Assembly: GCF_006345805.1 (NCBI RefSeq)
Contig: NC_043004.1
Span: forward strand, 61,814,001 to 61,878,000
Direction of reading: 5' to 3'
DNA: 64,000 nucleotides
From: Octopus sinensis
Lineage: Eukaryota
Shown: one piece after another, positions 25,771 through 39,360 of the stretch
How positions within the stretch are numbered: the stretch's first letter is position 1
Layout of the letters: every line of letters begins with the position of its first letter
Translations under genes and position numbers: made by a program
The notes under the pieces: model-generated
Databases searched by the model: none
Seen by the model: the letters and a program-made list of their open reading frames with translations, nothing else
What the model was told of the DNA's origin: nothing

Positions 25771-26554
25771 CATAGTATCCAGACTTCATGCAATGCAGTA
25801 AATTAGATTAGGAGAATTATAACGAAATTAGTACAAACTATGATAATGTAGTCTGACACGTGGGGTTTAATCTTGTAGTTTACAAGCCGTCTACTGCACT
25901 GGGTAGATGCTAGATCTGTTGCTGCTAAACAGAAGGTCACGTAGATTTTTGTCAAGGTTGAGAAGAGCAGAGGTGTAACTGAGACGAAAAGTGGAATTTG
26001 TGTATTTATATCGCAGACGGGATATTCCCAAGAGAGCATAGTAGTAAATAAGGATACGGTTTTTGTCAGGTAAAGAAAACGATAATTAGAACAGGGTGAC
26101 ATTTTTGCCTCACAAATATCTATATTATTTAGTGTTGCCTGTTTAATCAGCGTAAGCCTTTCTATCATATATAGAGAGAATGAGACAAAACCACAATACA
26201 AAGAAGGACAGCAAAATACACTTTCAGTAACATCATTCGAATATTATTCCCTCATTAAAATTCCATGAAAGTGTAGTTTAAAAAATCTCGCTCTGTAATC
26301 ACGTTTTCGATTCCACTGCGTGGCAACTAAGTGGCAACTAAGTGGCAACTAAGTGGTGTGACTTCTATTATAGCAACGGTCCAATGAATACACCGTAGTA
26401 TAAACTAGGTAGACTTCTTCGATTGTCCTGCTCCCTATCTTCCGCTCTTCTCCCTTCCTCCAAGAGACAGAATTTTCTCCTCTTCTAAAAAAAAAAGACA
26501 AAAAACATCCGCTCTTCGATTCATATAAAAGGCGAGGTAACTATCTGTTTTATT

Positions 26555-26596
26555 ATCTCTGCTTGAAAAGTTCAGTTAAACGAACGAAAGCGAGAT
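26555..26596 (+). ncRNA. Hammerhead relic lacking helix III and the cleavage site
   Basis: ATCTCTGC-TTGAAAA-GTTC-AGTTAAAC-GAAC-GAAA-GCGAGAT. Confidence 0.4.
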
Positions 26597-26681
26597 TAAA
26601 GACTTATCCAAAATTTTGACTAATTTCTCTTTATATATATATGCGTGTGTGTATGCGTACGTATTTATGTATATGTGTGTG

Positions 26682-26726
<45 letters not shown>

Positions 26727-27199
26727 GCGGGTGTTTATATTTGCGTTTGTCTCCATAACTTAGAGTGTCTACGAGGGGACGCAGGGAAATATGTATTGTG
26801 TATTTTCTAAGTGATTTCCGCGACCAAATTCTTGAAGATAGTGCTGCGAATGGTCGGAGTTCTATGAGTGACGAAAGTTAAATATGTAGTGACTCTGTAT
26901 CTGGTCATTTTAACCTGGAATAGATTTTCTGAGAAGAATTTTATATTCATAGTATATCCAGAGTATACATCTGAAACATAAAGTAATATGGCATCCGAAG
27001 TAAGGTTTGGACAACGCTTCTGCTTACTGTATGAAAGATGCTGCTATGCGCGTGCTGGCCATAAACAAAGTTACAAAAATAGCAATTTGTTCACATCTAC
27101 AATTTGGAAAATTGACACGTAAAATAGATGAAATTTCGAACGGGAATTTTGTAACGGAACTAATCTATTACGGTTTCAAATTTTACCACAAGGGCAGCA

Positions 27200-27365
27200 A
27201 TTTGGGCGTGTGGAGATAAGTCATTAACATCGACTCCAGCGGACTTATTTAATAGATCTTAAAGGATGAAAGGCAAAATCGACCTCGGCACAATTTGAAC
27301 TCAAAAAATAGCAACAGGCGAAACACCACAAAGCATTTCACCCGGCGTGTTAACGACTCTGTCAT
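27200..27365 (+). mobile_element. SINE-like dispersed repeat (other copies at about 52700-52850, 53270-53390 and 48120-48210)
   Basis: Shared ...TGAAAGGCAAAATCGACC...ATTTGAACT...AAGCATTT..CCCGG.GTG.TAAC. Confidence 0.6.
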
Positions 27366-28559
27366 GTCTCCACATTACAGGAGTAATGTATAGTGACAAG
27401 CTACAATGCATGCATACATATAATCAAATATCCTGTTAACTTAATACATCACTCATGCTCAAAATTTATTTATTTTGCCTGAAAAAAAATAACTTGTATA
27501 TGACAACGGATGGAATAAAGCTTCATAACAAATAATTCCTCACTACTGGAAAATTTGTAAGAAGCGTTAATAATTCTCATAAGATATTGCACAAGATGTA
27601 TATAGCTTTGCGATAAAATCATATTAGTTATGATCTGAATTTCCGACATCGATCTATCTACATATATATTTAAATACTCTTCTTCCAATGTTTTCTACAA
27701 TTTCTAAACAAAGCAGAATAAATTATCTATAGCGATGTTATCCGTCGTACTTGAGTAAATTTATACAGGAGCACACTCTAAATGTATAATTCCACAGCTA
27801 TAGTACCTTTAATCACTGAACCACGTATATCCCCAATTATACTTAAATGAATATAATGAATTTGGAATGGTTTTTCAAAGAGTTTAAATAACTCCTCCAA
27901 CACCCCGCCAAAAATAAAAAGAAATTTTAATGATACGCCTACACACTTTAAATTATATTCAAGTGTTTTTTTTTTTCCTTTTTTAGTTTAAATTTGTGCC
28001 TATGCATTTGAGAGTAAATGTATGTGTTTCTTTAACAATATAAGAGATTTCATTGCTAAGAATAATCTGCATATTGCTCTTTATTTAAAACGTTCCTTTT
28101 AGTAATGTATGAATATATGAAGTGAAAAATAATAGCTATTATAATTCAATTATATCTTTATCCATTTAATATATGCGGCAAACATTTTCTACTGCATCGT
28201 AATTTAAATATTCATAGCTTTATAGGAAACATAGAAAACAACGAAGAGTTTAATATCTCTTCACCTAATGCATTTTTATCACATTAATTATAAATACAAG
28301 TAAAATATTGTCACCTAATCTAAATCCAAATGCAATACCTCTAACAAAATTTTAGTTCTAGAATAAATTATTAGTTTGAAAGCAATCTACGACTATGAGA
28401 AAAGGAAATGCAAATGTCTTCTTTATATACATTTTTTAAACAAACTCTCGAAACGTTGAATATATTTGTATTTTACATACAAGGAAGTAAATTATGAATG
28501 CAGTTAAGCTGTAAGTACAACAGTGTGTGTATTTACCTTTATAAGACCTGCAAAATTTG

Positions 28560-28840
28560 GCAGTAGACGGCTATGGGATTCGAAACCGAACCCCTCAGAT
28601 ATTAGAAACCGAACCCTCAGGATTAGAAACCGAATCCCTCAGATACTAATTCAATGCTGTACATACTAAACTAAACATATGTTGAGAAAAATACCCTCCA
28701 TTTTAATGTAAGATTACAGCTTTTCGAATGTGACAACATTTTATAGAAATACTTTGGAAGCGTCGAATGTATTTGCTTAGCTTAATGGTAGAGCACTCCG
28801 CCAGTATCTGAAGGTAAAGTGTTCGACTCCTGTAGCCATC
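28560..28840. other. Two divergently oriented tRNA-like heads (SINE heads or tRNA pseudogenes)
   Basis: Plus 28777-28838 GCTTAGCTTAATGGTAGAGCAC...AGTATCTGAAGG...GTTCGACTCCTGTAGCC. Related minus copy at 28568-28680 with an internal 3x repeat of about 20 bp. Confidence 0.5.
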
Positions 28841-28950
28841 TGCTGATAAATCTTTCCGTTTTATAAGGGTAAATACCCAATCTTTCTCAGCCGTTCTTAC
28901 AGCTTTACTGCGTTCGAAATTTACGTTCTTTCTTACAAAATATATTTCTT

Positions 28951-28990
<40 letters not shown>

Positions 28991-29002
28991 AACGCACATG
29001 CG

Positions 29003-29880
29003 CACGAGGTTCAGCTGAAAAGTTCATAGGCTGACAAAAAGCATATTTTCATGGAATACGGTCCACGAAGCTCTTGCAATGGTGTTGCAATACTTGGATG
29101 CTACTGTTTATGAAACTGTTATCCTGCTGGTCAAATAACTTTTCAGCAGCATATATGAGGGCATAGGAACTGCGATACTGGTTCCTAGCCAAGAAAAGTT
29201 TCAGATGGGCGCCAAATTATAAGAAAAGACAGGTTGAAAACACCTAGTTGAAAACCACCGTCACGTACAGTAGCTCTCAAGGACGTGTTTATTGGAGTAT
29301 TAATCTGATTAAACAGGATCAGTTTCCTCAGTTTTTCATGGTGTTTGGTCTTGATAGCCTTTCGTTCCTACCTTAGTAAATTATCATAGTTCTCTCCATT
29401 AATGATGGGGATATTTTGAAGACAGTCAATAAACACAATGCCTTTTGCATCACCTTCCATGCAGATGAAATGACCTTCGTCTTCTTCGTTACAGGTGAGA
29501 AGGAATGTTTCTATGGCATGGACCGTTTCTTAGCTCTGGCTCAGAGTGACAAGCGCAGTGCTCCTCCCGTGTTAACAAGTGTAGCCGTCTCAAATAATAG
29601 CAGATTTTCTTGTGATGTAACTGGGAGTCAGATGATGATGCACCTATCGTGTAGAAAGTTTCGCATGCTGAATCCATTATGATGGGTATTCTCAATGTAG
29701 TTATGGCATATGCTAATATATTTCACTATTTGATTTATATTCAATCACTTGTCATTCACCATCATAAGATGAACACGATCAATGTTTTCCCCGATGGTAA
29801 CAGTTGTTGGAGGTCAAAATCTAGGCTCATTTTCAACACTCTCCCTTTCCTGCCTAAATTCAGTTGTCTACTGTTCCACT
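29003..29880 (-). mobile_element. Mariner-type transposase remnant
   Basis: GRESVENEPR..PTT...ENIDRV and KKTKVISSAWKVM. TIR-like CACGAGG..CAGCTGAAAAGTTC at 29003. Confidence 0.7.
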
Positions 29881-30074
29881 GTTGATAAACTATATATATA
29901 TTGAACTATATATAGTTTATATATATCTATCAGTCGTCATGATAGATCGTTAGCCACTACACACATTTTTCTCTCTCCTTGTTTTTCCTCTGTCCCTTTC
30001 TGTAGAAGTCTGTACACCACTTGTCTTCGTCTTTTGTCTTTCGTAAACTCCCTCCCTCTCTCTCTCTTCTCTCC

Positions 30075-30152
<78 letters not shown>

Positions 30153-31199
30153 ATATATATATATATATATTCTGTAATATAGCATCCCTGTCGTCTTCTA
30201 AGATAATTTTAATAACAGTACAGTTACATTTGAAATATTTGTGCTGGGAGATATCAGTTTAATTGGAGCAAGTCAAGCATTTTTTAATAAGTGGTGTTGC
30301 GATAATGCAAGCAAAGTTATGCGCATTAAACACAGTATATATAGTCCACAGGCTCTACTTACTTTGCATAACAAGATGATACAGACGAAAGAATAATACA
30401 AAACACAAGAAAGAATAAGTTAAAACTAAAAGGAAACAAAAGTGGGAGAATTATAGTTATGCACCCCTTGACCAGGAAGCCGCAGGGATGAAGAGATAGA
30501 AAGAGAGAATCTATGATACAGGTGCCCAATCAGGAGATGGGGTACATTTCTAGAGATCTGTTATTTTCAGCGGATTTATGAATAAGTTCCTGTTAGTGAA
30601 TTGGAAAATACCATTCTGTCCGGTTTGGGAAGCTGTGCCGCAGACTTTAGGCTCCTACACTTTCACCCTTATGGCTTTACGGTAAATGGGAACAAACCCT
30701 TTTTCTTCTTTTATTTTTCCTTTCCTTTTTTTCTGTGTTTTCAACCGGCCAACTTTTACATCTACTTCTCCTCTTTTCTCGTATTTTCTCTCATCCTATC
30801 GTTATGTTTAAGCTTGTTATGCAATGTGGCACAGCCTGGGGTCTGCTTCAAGGCAGCATACGTTTTTCCTCGCACGAATCTATTCGTAGCTGACAAACAT
30901 ATCTACTGTGTTTATTAAATATTATTTATCTCTCACCAGTTGGAGTACAGTTTTGGTGATCTTCTCTCAAAATAATATTACTACACCATATACAGACCAC
31001 ACACAGGCACTCACACACACACGCACGCATGCACACACCACGCATGCATATTCATATATACACGCATATATATATGATACTTCGCAAAGGATGCGTCGCG
31101 TTCAATTATGATAATATATATATATTTATATATATAAATATATATATAATATAAATATATATATATATATATATAATATATATATATATATATCTATAT

Positions 31200-31248
<49 letters not shown>

Positions 31249-31958
31249 TATATGGGTACAGCAGAGCACCAACTCTGCAAACAACATGAAGCACATAAAC
31301 AAACGAGTTAAATATGTAAACAATCGGAGAAACAATGGAAAACGGAACAAGAATGATGGTAGAAGAAAACACTACAGAGACGCATCAGAAATGTGAAGAT
31401 AAAAGTAAATAACGTCCTTCTCGAATTCCCTTTTTCCCCTCCCGCTTTCGCAGTTTTCTCTCTGTGTGTCTCTTTTTCTCTCTCGTTACTCACGCGTGAC
31501 CTTCGTCCATCTTTCATTTCCTCACGTGACCATCCTTCTTTTCCTGCACGGACTAGATTTCCTTCCTCTCCTATCTTTTGTCTTTTCAAAGAAAATATTT
31601 CTCTCAGCATTCACTATATTCCTCTCGTTCTGTTGTAACGAGCCTCCGTGTATATTTTCGTCTGCTTTCCTTATATATCACCACTGACATGTTTTCGTTC
31701 TCAACTTTGACCCTCCATAAATCCTAAATTGTATTTTAGAATTTAAGAGAGCAACTGTCTTTGAAGACTCACATTATCATTGGATACTCGAAATGAAGAG
31801 TAGAGAGACTACTGACATCTGATGAAGGCTCGTATCTCTGTGTTTACTTGTCCTGTTTTCCATTCTTCTCTCTCGTTGTTTACGTAATTACACGTTCTTT
31901 ATGTACACACACACAAACACACACACACACACACATATACATATATACATATATATAT

Positions 31959-31997
<39 letters not shown>

Positions 31998-32001
<4 letters not shown>

Positions 32002-32425
32002 TTTGATCACTTTGACCGACCAGTCCGTCAGGCGTCCATTTGACACCGCTGGTCACAGCACGCTGTCCACTCCCCTCTGGATCGCGCCTTTCTCATCCAC
32101 GTGATCCCAATCGTCCTCTTGAAATCGTCACTCCACCGTCGTGGAGGTCTTCCGGGTGGTCTTCTCCGCTCACGCGGGTACCACTCCTTTACTGCGTGCG
32201 TCCACCGATTATCGGTGAATCGGTCGACGTGTCCAACCCATCTATACAGTTCTGCCTGCAATGTTATATGGTAGTGAAACATGGGCTACCACGAAGAGAG
32301 AAGAGGAAAGACTGATAACGGCTCAAAGAGCCATGGAAAGGTCAATGCTTGGTATCTCGTTGAGAGAGCACATAAATAGCAACATCATCAGAAGGAAGTC
32401 CGGCGTGAGAGATGTCATCGCAGAG
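31998..32425 (-). mobile_element. RTE-type LINE 3' end with inverted 5' segment
   Basis: Minus strand RWVGHV..RW....EWYPRERRRPPGRPPRRW ending at stop 32028 with a (TCAAAGTGA)2 tail. Plus strand VLPAMLYGSETW...RDVIAE. (TA)n on both sides. Confidence 0.88.
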
Positions 32426-32456
<31 letters not shown>

Positions 32457-32479
32457 TAGTTGGTTGTTAGGTAAGTTGT

Positions 32480-33350
32480 TTTACTTATTCTTGATGTACT
32501 GTAACCATCAATGTTCATTAACACTTTTAAGAAATTAATTAAAAAATCTTATTCTTCACATAGTTTTTGCAATATTTCTCTAGCTTGCAAATTCTTCGAC
32601 GCTAGAACAACTGGTTTTGACTCGAAAATTTCTTGAAATCATATTTCCAGCCCCTCAGCTTTGTCTTACGAAACGCCTGTTAAACTTCTGTTTGTCGGCC
32701 GAAATAGATGACAATCTGAAGGTGTTACGTGGAAGGTACAGGGTACATCCAGTAGGGTACATGCATTAGAGTTACATATTTGGTCAAAATAACATCAAGG
32801 GGTTGAAATATATTGACCATTGCTGTGTTGAAGATTGCTGTGTCACCTCTTGCATCGTTTCAGCTGTCTGTCCTTGACGAGGCGTTGCATTTGATGAACC
32901 TAAAGAGCTGCATAGTCCATATGTTTATTTTCAAGCCTTTTCTAATAGATTAGCTATTCTTAATCCCACCAAACGCAGATCATTGTCTTGTGTAAATACA
33001 GTATTTCCTTGAATCGAGATGTTGCTTCTTTGTCAGTACTCATCCATTCTTTTCTCTGTTTCATATTTGTCGTGAATGCACAATTGTTCATCGCTCATGA
33101 CTATGCTGCAAAATACTTCACTTCACAGCTATTTTTCTGTCGGGCAAACAAACCTGTGAAGATAGGGGTATGATAGAGCTTATATAATTCATCTAAAATG
33201 TGTGGCACACGTTCACCGAGATTGTACTCCTTACATATTGAATTAATGTGACAGGATACGGAAAATGTGTACATCCCATCCGCTGGCCTTATTTCCAAGT
33301 GGAGTGTTACGGATCCATGCGAATAAGCTAGACGAATCGATACTCATTGC
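32480..33350 (-). mobile_element. Mariner (Mos1-like) transposase remnant
   Basis: IVMSDEQ, KTMICVWWD, LQHSN and TPSDCHLFR motifs with stops and frameshifts. Confidence 0.75.
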
Positions 33351-33368
33351 ATCGAAAGTTTCCACGCA

Positions 33369-33430
33369 GTGTCTCTCTCTAGTCGTATTTCTCCTCATAA
33401 CTGAGGAGAAATACGACTAGAGAGAGACAC
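33369..33430. repeat. Perfect inverted repeat, 29-bp arms with a 4-nt loop
   Basis: GTGTCTCTCTCTAGTCGTATTTCTCCTCA-TAAC-TGAGGAGAAATACGACTAGAGAGAGACAC. Confidence 0.97.
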
Positions 33431-33804
33431 CTTTTCAAGGTTAACACCTTGAAAACCATTTCTATATAATCCTTTCAGTGATAACCACTTCTATGTGCGT
33501 AGCACATATTTCTTGAGGGGCTGGATGTGTTAGGTTTAGAAACCTAATTTAACGCAAGAAGCAGGAGATAAAAATGCTCTTTGTCATTCTTTGGCATTCT
33601 AGCGGTGTATATATGAAACTAGGTATATTACTGTGAAATTTCAAAATCGATATTGAAAAACGAAGAAAAATAGAGCAAGAGAAAATACTAGAAATTCTTA
33701 TGATGAAATGTGTTTCACGTTGATGCCAATAACAATGGTTTGAAACATTCCCCCCTGCCCTCTCCCTCCGCATACACCTATATCTATGTAGATGGGTAGA
33801 TGTA

Positions 33805-33840
<36 letters not shown>

Positions 33841-35652
33841 TGTATGTATGTATGTATGCATGTATGTATATATACTTACATACACACACTCATATATGTG
33901 TGTGTGTGAGTGCCCTATGCGCACTCACACACGCGTCTTTGTATTTTAAGAAAAGAAAACTGCACTCAATGTCTCCATATTTAAAACTATTTATTAACAC
34001 GTTCACTCAACATATATTACTTAAAGGTTCGCAGACACATATTCCTCTCTTAGCCTAAGGATATAACAAAACGGCTTTTTTATGAAAATATTGCTGGCCT
34101 CTCTTTGTCACTTTCGATCAAACTGCTAAATTATGAATGCATTAGGAGCAAACATTTCTGTTGGTCCTGACAGATTTTTGAAAAAAAAATGTTTATTATT
34201 TACATCCGGTGTGCAGACACATGAATCTGAAAACATTTAGCCACTTCCTACGCGGATGGTAAGATGAAACAAGAGAATGACATATATTCCTACATGTCCA
34301 AAGGAATAAATTTTGTGGTGTTAGCTTATTTCTTGTCGGGGCTCTGGTAGGCAACGGGAGAATTTGGGGAGTCTTGCCATATGGTCATTAAAGCACACAA
34401 TTCTTGACCGCTCCTACTTCACATCACACCTTCTTTCAAATCTTTAGAATCCCACCAGCCCTCTGATGAATGACTCTGCTGTTCAAAGGGTATTCTCTAT
34501 AGGCTTACATTTGTCTTGCAAAAGCTATACAGATCCATAATTCTATTATGTGAAGGGACGCTTCACACAACTTATGAACTCCTGCAAACGGAAAATCTAC
34601 GTTCCCTTTTTGTTTTTGATATATAAATCCTCGGAACAAAGAAACAATATTGCCAACACCATATGGAACTTCAATGTAAGACCGATCCTTAAGGAAACAC
34701 ACTTGGGAATTGCCAAATGTTCCCTCTGGCAAACTATATATAGATCAATGTTTATATATTTAAAATATTTCTTTCCAGTTGGATTAAAAATATTTATAGT
34801 GATCATAATGTATACTGCATACTATGTAAAGCCATGATAAAGGAATTAAACTGTGTAAGATAAAATAAACTTACGTGTCGGACAGATTAAGCAAATGCCA
34901 AAGATCAGCAGCTACAACCATATAGCGAATATGGGTTATTGGTAAAGGAGAATGGTACCTGTAGTTTGGCTACTATAAGATCACTTGAGAGCTAGGTGGT
35001 ATATTTTTCTAACAATATGAACGATGCCGTATTTTCAGTCAGCTTGAAGTTAGGGCAAAATATAGATAACACACAACTCCGATCTAATACAAAAGAGAGT
35101 AGCAGCATATCTATGTATTTAACAATATCAATTACAATCTATGAATACCATGGAAGAGTGACGACAAAATTTACCCAATGTGCAGTTTCATTGAAACATT
35201 GATATGGGTAACAAAATTATTGACAATCATTTAGTCTGTTTATCATTGTTGACATTTTATCAATTATTTGCAGCTGGCATCGGTTAATAGAGGACAATTA
35301 CATGTTTGACATAATTTGAATTCATAACTTCAACCAATGTAATTTATTTCTCAGAATGTTTAATTTCTGACGCCAAGTTTTGAAAAGTATTTTCAAAATA
35401 AATGTTACAGATGTATGGCTGCAAATCATTTATTAAAATATTTTGTCATATATACTTTTTTCGTATTTTAAACGATATTTGATTTGATTAAGTATATGTT
35501 AATGCTTTTCTTGTTTTCATCACATGAAGTTAAACGAAGTTTCTTAGAAAAAAATCAAAGCGCAAGTCACTTAAATTGGTTGGACTTTTTCGTACATATA
35601 TTTATTTATGTCAATATCAGTACTTTTTATATCATAAAAATTTTCTGTTCTA

Positions 35653-36303
35653 ATAAGGTCTGAGTTCAGCGCTTTTCAAATGCACTCCTGCTGCCGCATA
35701 GATGCAAATTACGACCACTCTATAATCAATCAACCTCGTTCTTCACAAGTAACTATGCCTTCATGATCTTTCACTATCAGTATGTTTTCTTTCTGTTTTG
35801 ATCTTGGCTGAAGTGGGATTGTTGATTCTTTTTTTGTTTGTATATATTGGCGACCTCTTCGAAAACTTTTGCAAAATTCACGCACAAACATGAATTCTGT
35901 ATTTACTCTTTCTGCAATATAAACAAAAATGAAGGTTGGCTGAATTTGATACGATAAACATTATGCACATTACTTACCAAAGTAATCAATACATATAATC
36001 ATCCTTCAGAGTAACTTCTAATTACAGATACATCAAGAGCTTGATTTATTTAATTGCTATTTCACCTGATTTTAGTAAATAGTAATTACTAATTTGCTGC
36101 TTTCATAATAAATGTGTTTTCGTTACTACATATTTATAGCTTTCCTTTGCTTAACGGTAATTCATAAAATATTCAATGTTAACTTATTGAGGGGAGCGTA
36201 GCAAGACATTACATTGGAATATATCATAGAAACTCAGGTTATGTTCGACAGATAGAATTCTTTCTATCCAGACAAATACGACGAAAGAGTTTAAATTTCA
36301 AAG
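35653..36303 (-). repeat. Copy A of a locally triplicated segment (inverted relative to copies B and C)
   Basis: Reverse complement of 40344-40992, near-identical apart from small indels. Confidence 0.92.
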
Positions 36304-36605
36304 TCAGAGGATAAATTATTGACATTGTGAAATATATACATGCGTTTACTAATTATGGGTTTATTTGTGTGATTTTGAATGTATATGGAAATATGTTTTT
36401 GCGCTGGTGAATATTTCTGCGTTTATGGATTTTTATTCGAGGATTTGTGGTGGTACGCGTAACTATGTTTAAATTATACTCGAATTATACGCGTAACTAT
36501 GTTTAAATTATCTCGAATTAATGCGCAGTCCCAGTGATCAGAAAGTTTCACTCGAATAAATATATATTGCACTGCCTATATATTCGCATGACTGCACACG
36601 CTCAG

Positions 36606-36651
<46 letters not shown>

Positions 36652-37780
36652 ACACACACACACACAGAGGCACAATACCTTAGAAACTAAAAGGAAGGGC
36701 ATTTAATGCTTCAATGAAAGGGAAAAAATATGTCTTTGATGTTTTGGATATATATTTCTTCGTCTGAGACGATGTAAATTAAAGAAAAAATGCACAAAGG
36801 TTTAAAAAATGAAAGCGGATAATATATTCAAAGAACGTCAAACAAAATATAGCATTCTATAACGCCTCTTAAAATGTGCTGTCAAAAAAGAGACTGGCAG
36901 TATATTTACAAGTGCTTCTGGATATGTTGTCAAGCATATAATGTGACTCAGTTTGTACGATATCTGTAACTGCTGTTCTGTGTGTGAACATATATGTCTA
37001 TTTGGATGTGTGAAGTGTAAGGGCATAGAGACGTAAGATGTTATATGCGTACATGTGTAATTTTGGGGCCTATATCCATGTATGAAAATCAGCTGTATGA
37101 CAGTTAGTGAGTATCCCTGTACATTTATTCGTCCATATGTGTGCATGTCCGGGCTGGATGTAAGTAATGGACATGTACATTGTACATAACAGAAATTTCA
37201 TTCTACATGAATCTGAAGCAAGTCAATAAATTGGCAGGTTATCTTATTAAACGCGCAAGAATATTATTGCCTCTCTTGTCATGTGTGTCTGCGCACAAGT
37301 GAAATAACATTGTGTGCGCAAGCGTATCTCTTTATAATTGAAATTACGCTTTTTGATGCAGAAATATAAAACTGCATGAGATTAATATCGGTGTGTGTTT
37401 TATTGGGTGTGATGGAACTATGCGTGAAATAAGATTATGTTCTCATTCGTGTAAGTGTCTATTTTACAGTGTGTATACTTGTGCAAAATGAACTGAGTTT
37501 TTTTGTGTACATAAGTAATTACTACTCCAATAATGGGCACGTGGGCGTGCTAGATACGAGAAAAAAATTTAAATATGATTTCATACTCATGTAGGTCACG
37601 CGCGATTATATATGTGATATATCAAAACATGGAAGAAGTTTTAAATGAAGAGATCAGTTCGAAAATAAAAAAAAGTATAAGCACAAAGAAAAGCACAGGC
37701 GGGGTTGTCTGTATATGTGTGACTGATACCCACACACACACACACAACCACACACACACACACACACAAATATATATATA

Positions 37781-37822
<42 letters not shown>

Positions 37823-37842
37823 AATATATATACTATATTATA

Positions 37843-37898
<56 letters not shown>

Positions 37899-37969
37899 TA
37901 ATATATATATTATATATAATGTCTGTATATTTGTGACTGATACCCACACACACACACAACACACACACA

Positions 37970-38009
<40 letters not shown>

Positions 38010-38010
38010 C

Positions 38011-38114
<104 letters not shown>

Positions 38115-39114
38115 TATATATATATATAATATATATATATACACGCAACTATTTATTAATATTTCATTTTACATCTAAAAACTGTTAAACATTAGATTGA
38201 AAGATTACTGCACAACACAGACACGTGTATTTCACTGGAGCTTTGCGGAAACCCCTGCATGTCGCCTGTGTTCTAAACAAACGCCCCCTGAATCACATTT
38301 TAAGCAATTCTTCTTAGGTACTGATGGAAGGATACTCTCGCTGGAGACATGACCAGTTCCACATGATCATTGCTGAAGATGTTAGCAAGAGGATGTGTGG
38401 CAGTAAACATTGTAGCATCCCGGCTTTGACAAAAGAGAGATACATTTCAGAACCCAAGCAGGTTCCGAATATATATTATTTTGTCACACTGGAATGTATA
38501 ATAAAATTTGATCTGAAGAAACAGCTAAATATTCTAGGGTGCAGCAAACAGAACTAGCTAGAGACAGGTATTACCTTGACGTCCACCACACCAGGGCAGC
38601 TAGTCGATTTGTAGTTAAGTGTGCATTGGATGAAGAGGATGGAAGAGACTGAAAACAGGAAGAAGGCTTGCAAGTTATACACTGAGTCAAGTAATTAGAT
38701 TCTGTTTATTTCAGGAAATTGCAGAAGGCGCGACACGAAGACCAACGCAAAGGCTCCTCTGGATACATTTTGATAGATCTGGCTCAAAAGAATTTGCCGC
38801 TGTGATCGTTAGAACACTGGACACATGCTAGCCTAGCCTCTATCAACCTAGGTCATGTCGGCTGCATAAGGGTGTATGCATAAGCGTGTATGCGTGGGAA
38901 ACACATAGGCGCTTCTGTATGCAAAATAGTTGACGTGTCTATAGATGTGTCGAACTCTACACATCTGTATATTATACCTATCTGACCCATATTTAATTTT
39001 CATCCAGATTTTTGTACCTACCAAAAAGTTAGTTCTTACCAAAATAATAAATACCCACCAAATATTATTTAACGGAAATCCAACCTTTAAAATGTTTAAT
39101 AAAAAAAATAACAA

Positions 39115-39360
39115 CTAATTAAACAATAATGTATTCACCTTGATGTTTACAAATTCTTCCCAAAGTTCAACAAGAATTTCAATGCCTCGTCGGTAGAAAC
39201 TACCCGATTTTGACTGGAAAAATTGATCCAACGAAGCTCTCAATTCTACATCAGTATTGAACGAAATTCCGCGCATAGCATTTGAAAGAGATCGAAAGAG
39301 GTGGAAATCCGTTTGTGCCAAATCAGGAGAGTACGGTGAGTGTGGCAGCCCTTCACAGAC
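39115..39360 (-). mobile_element. Mariner transposase C-terminal fragment
   Basis: LPHSPYSPDLAQTDFHLFRSL...FYRRGIEILVELWE. Confidence 0.9.

Noticed and set aside
26320-26357. 3x GTGGCAACTAA repeat, CRISPR-like
   Set aside because: No spacers and a eukaryotic context; it is slippage inside a SINE remnant.
31819-31830. CTGATGAAGGCT hammerhead half
   Set aside because: The GAAA strand and stems are absent; at best it is a deleted relic.
38324-38830. 77-aa ORF and a strong acceptor at about 38715 as host exons
   Set aside because: The peptide RWRHDQFHMII..KRMC..KHC resembles a decayed piggyBac Cys-rich tail, and no consistent spliced ORF can be built.
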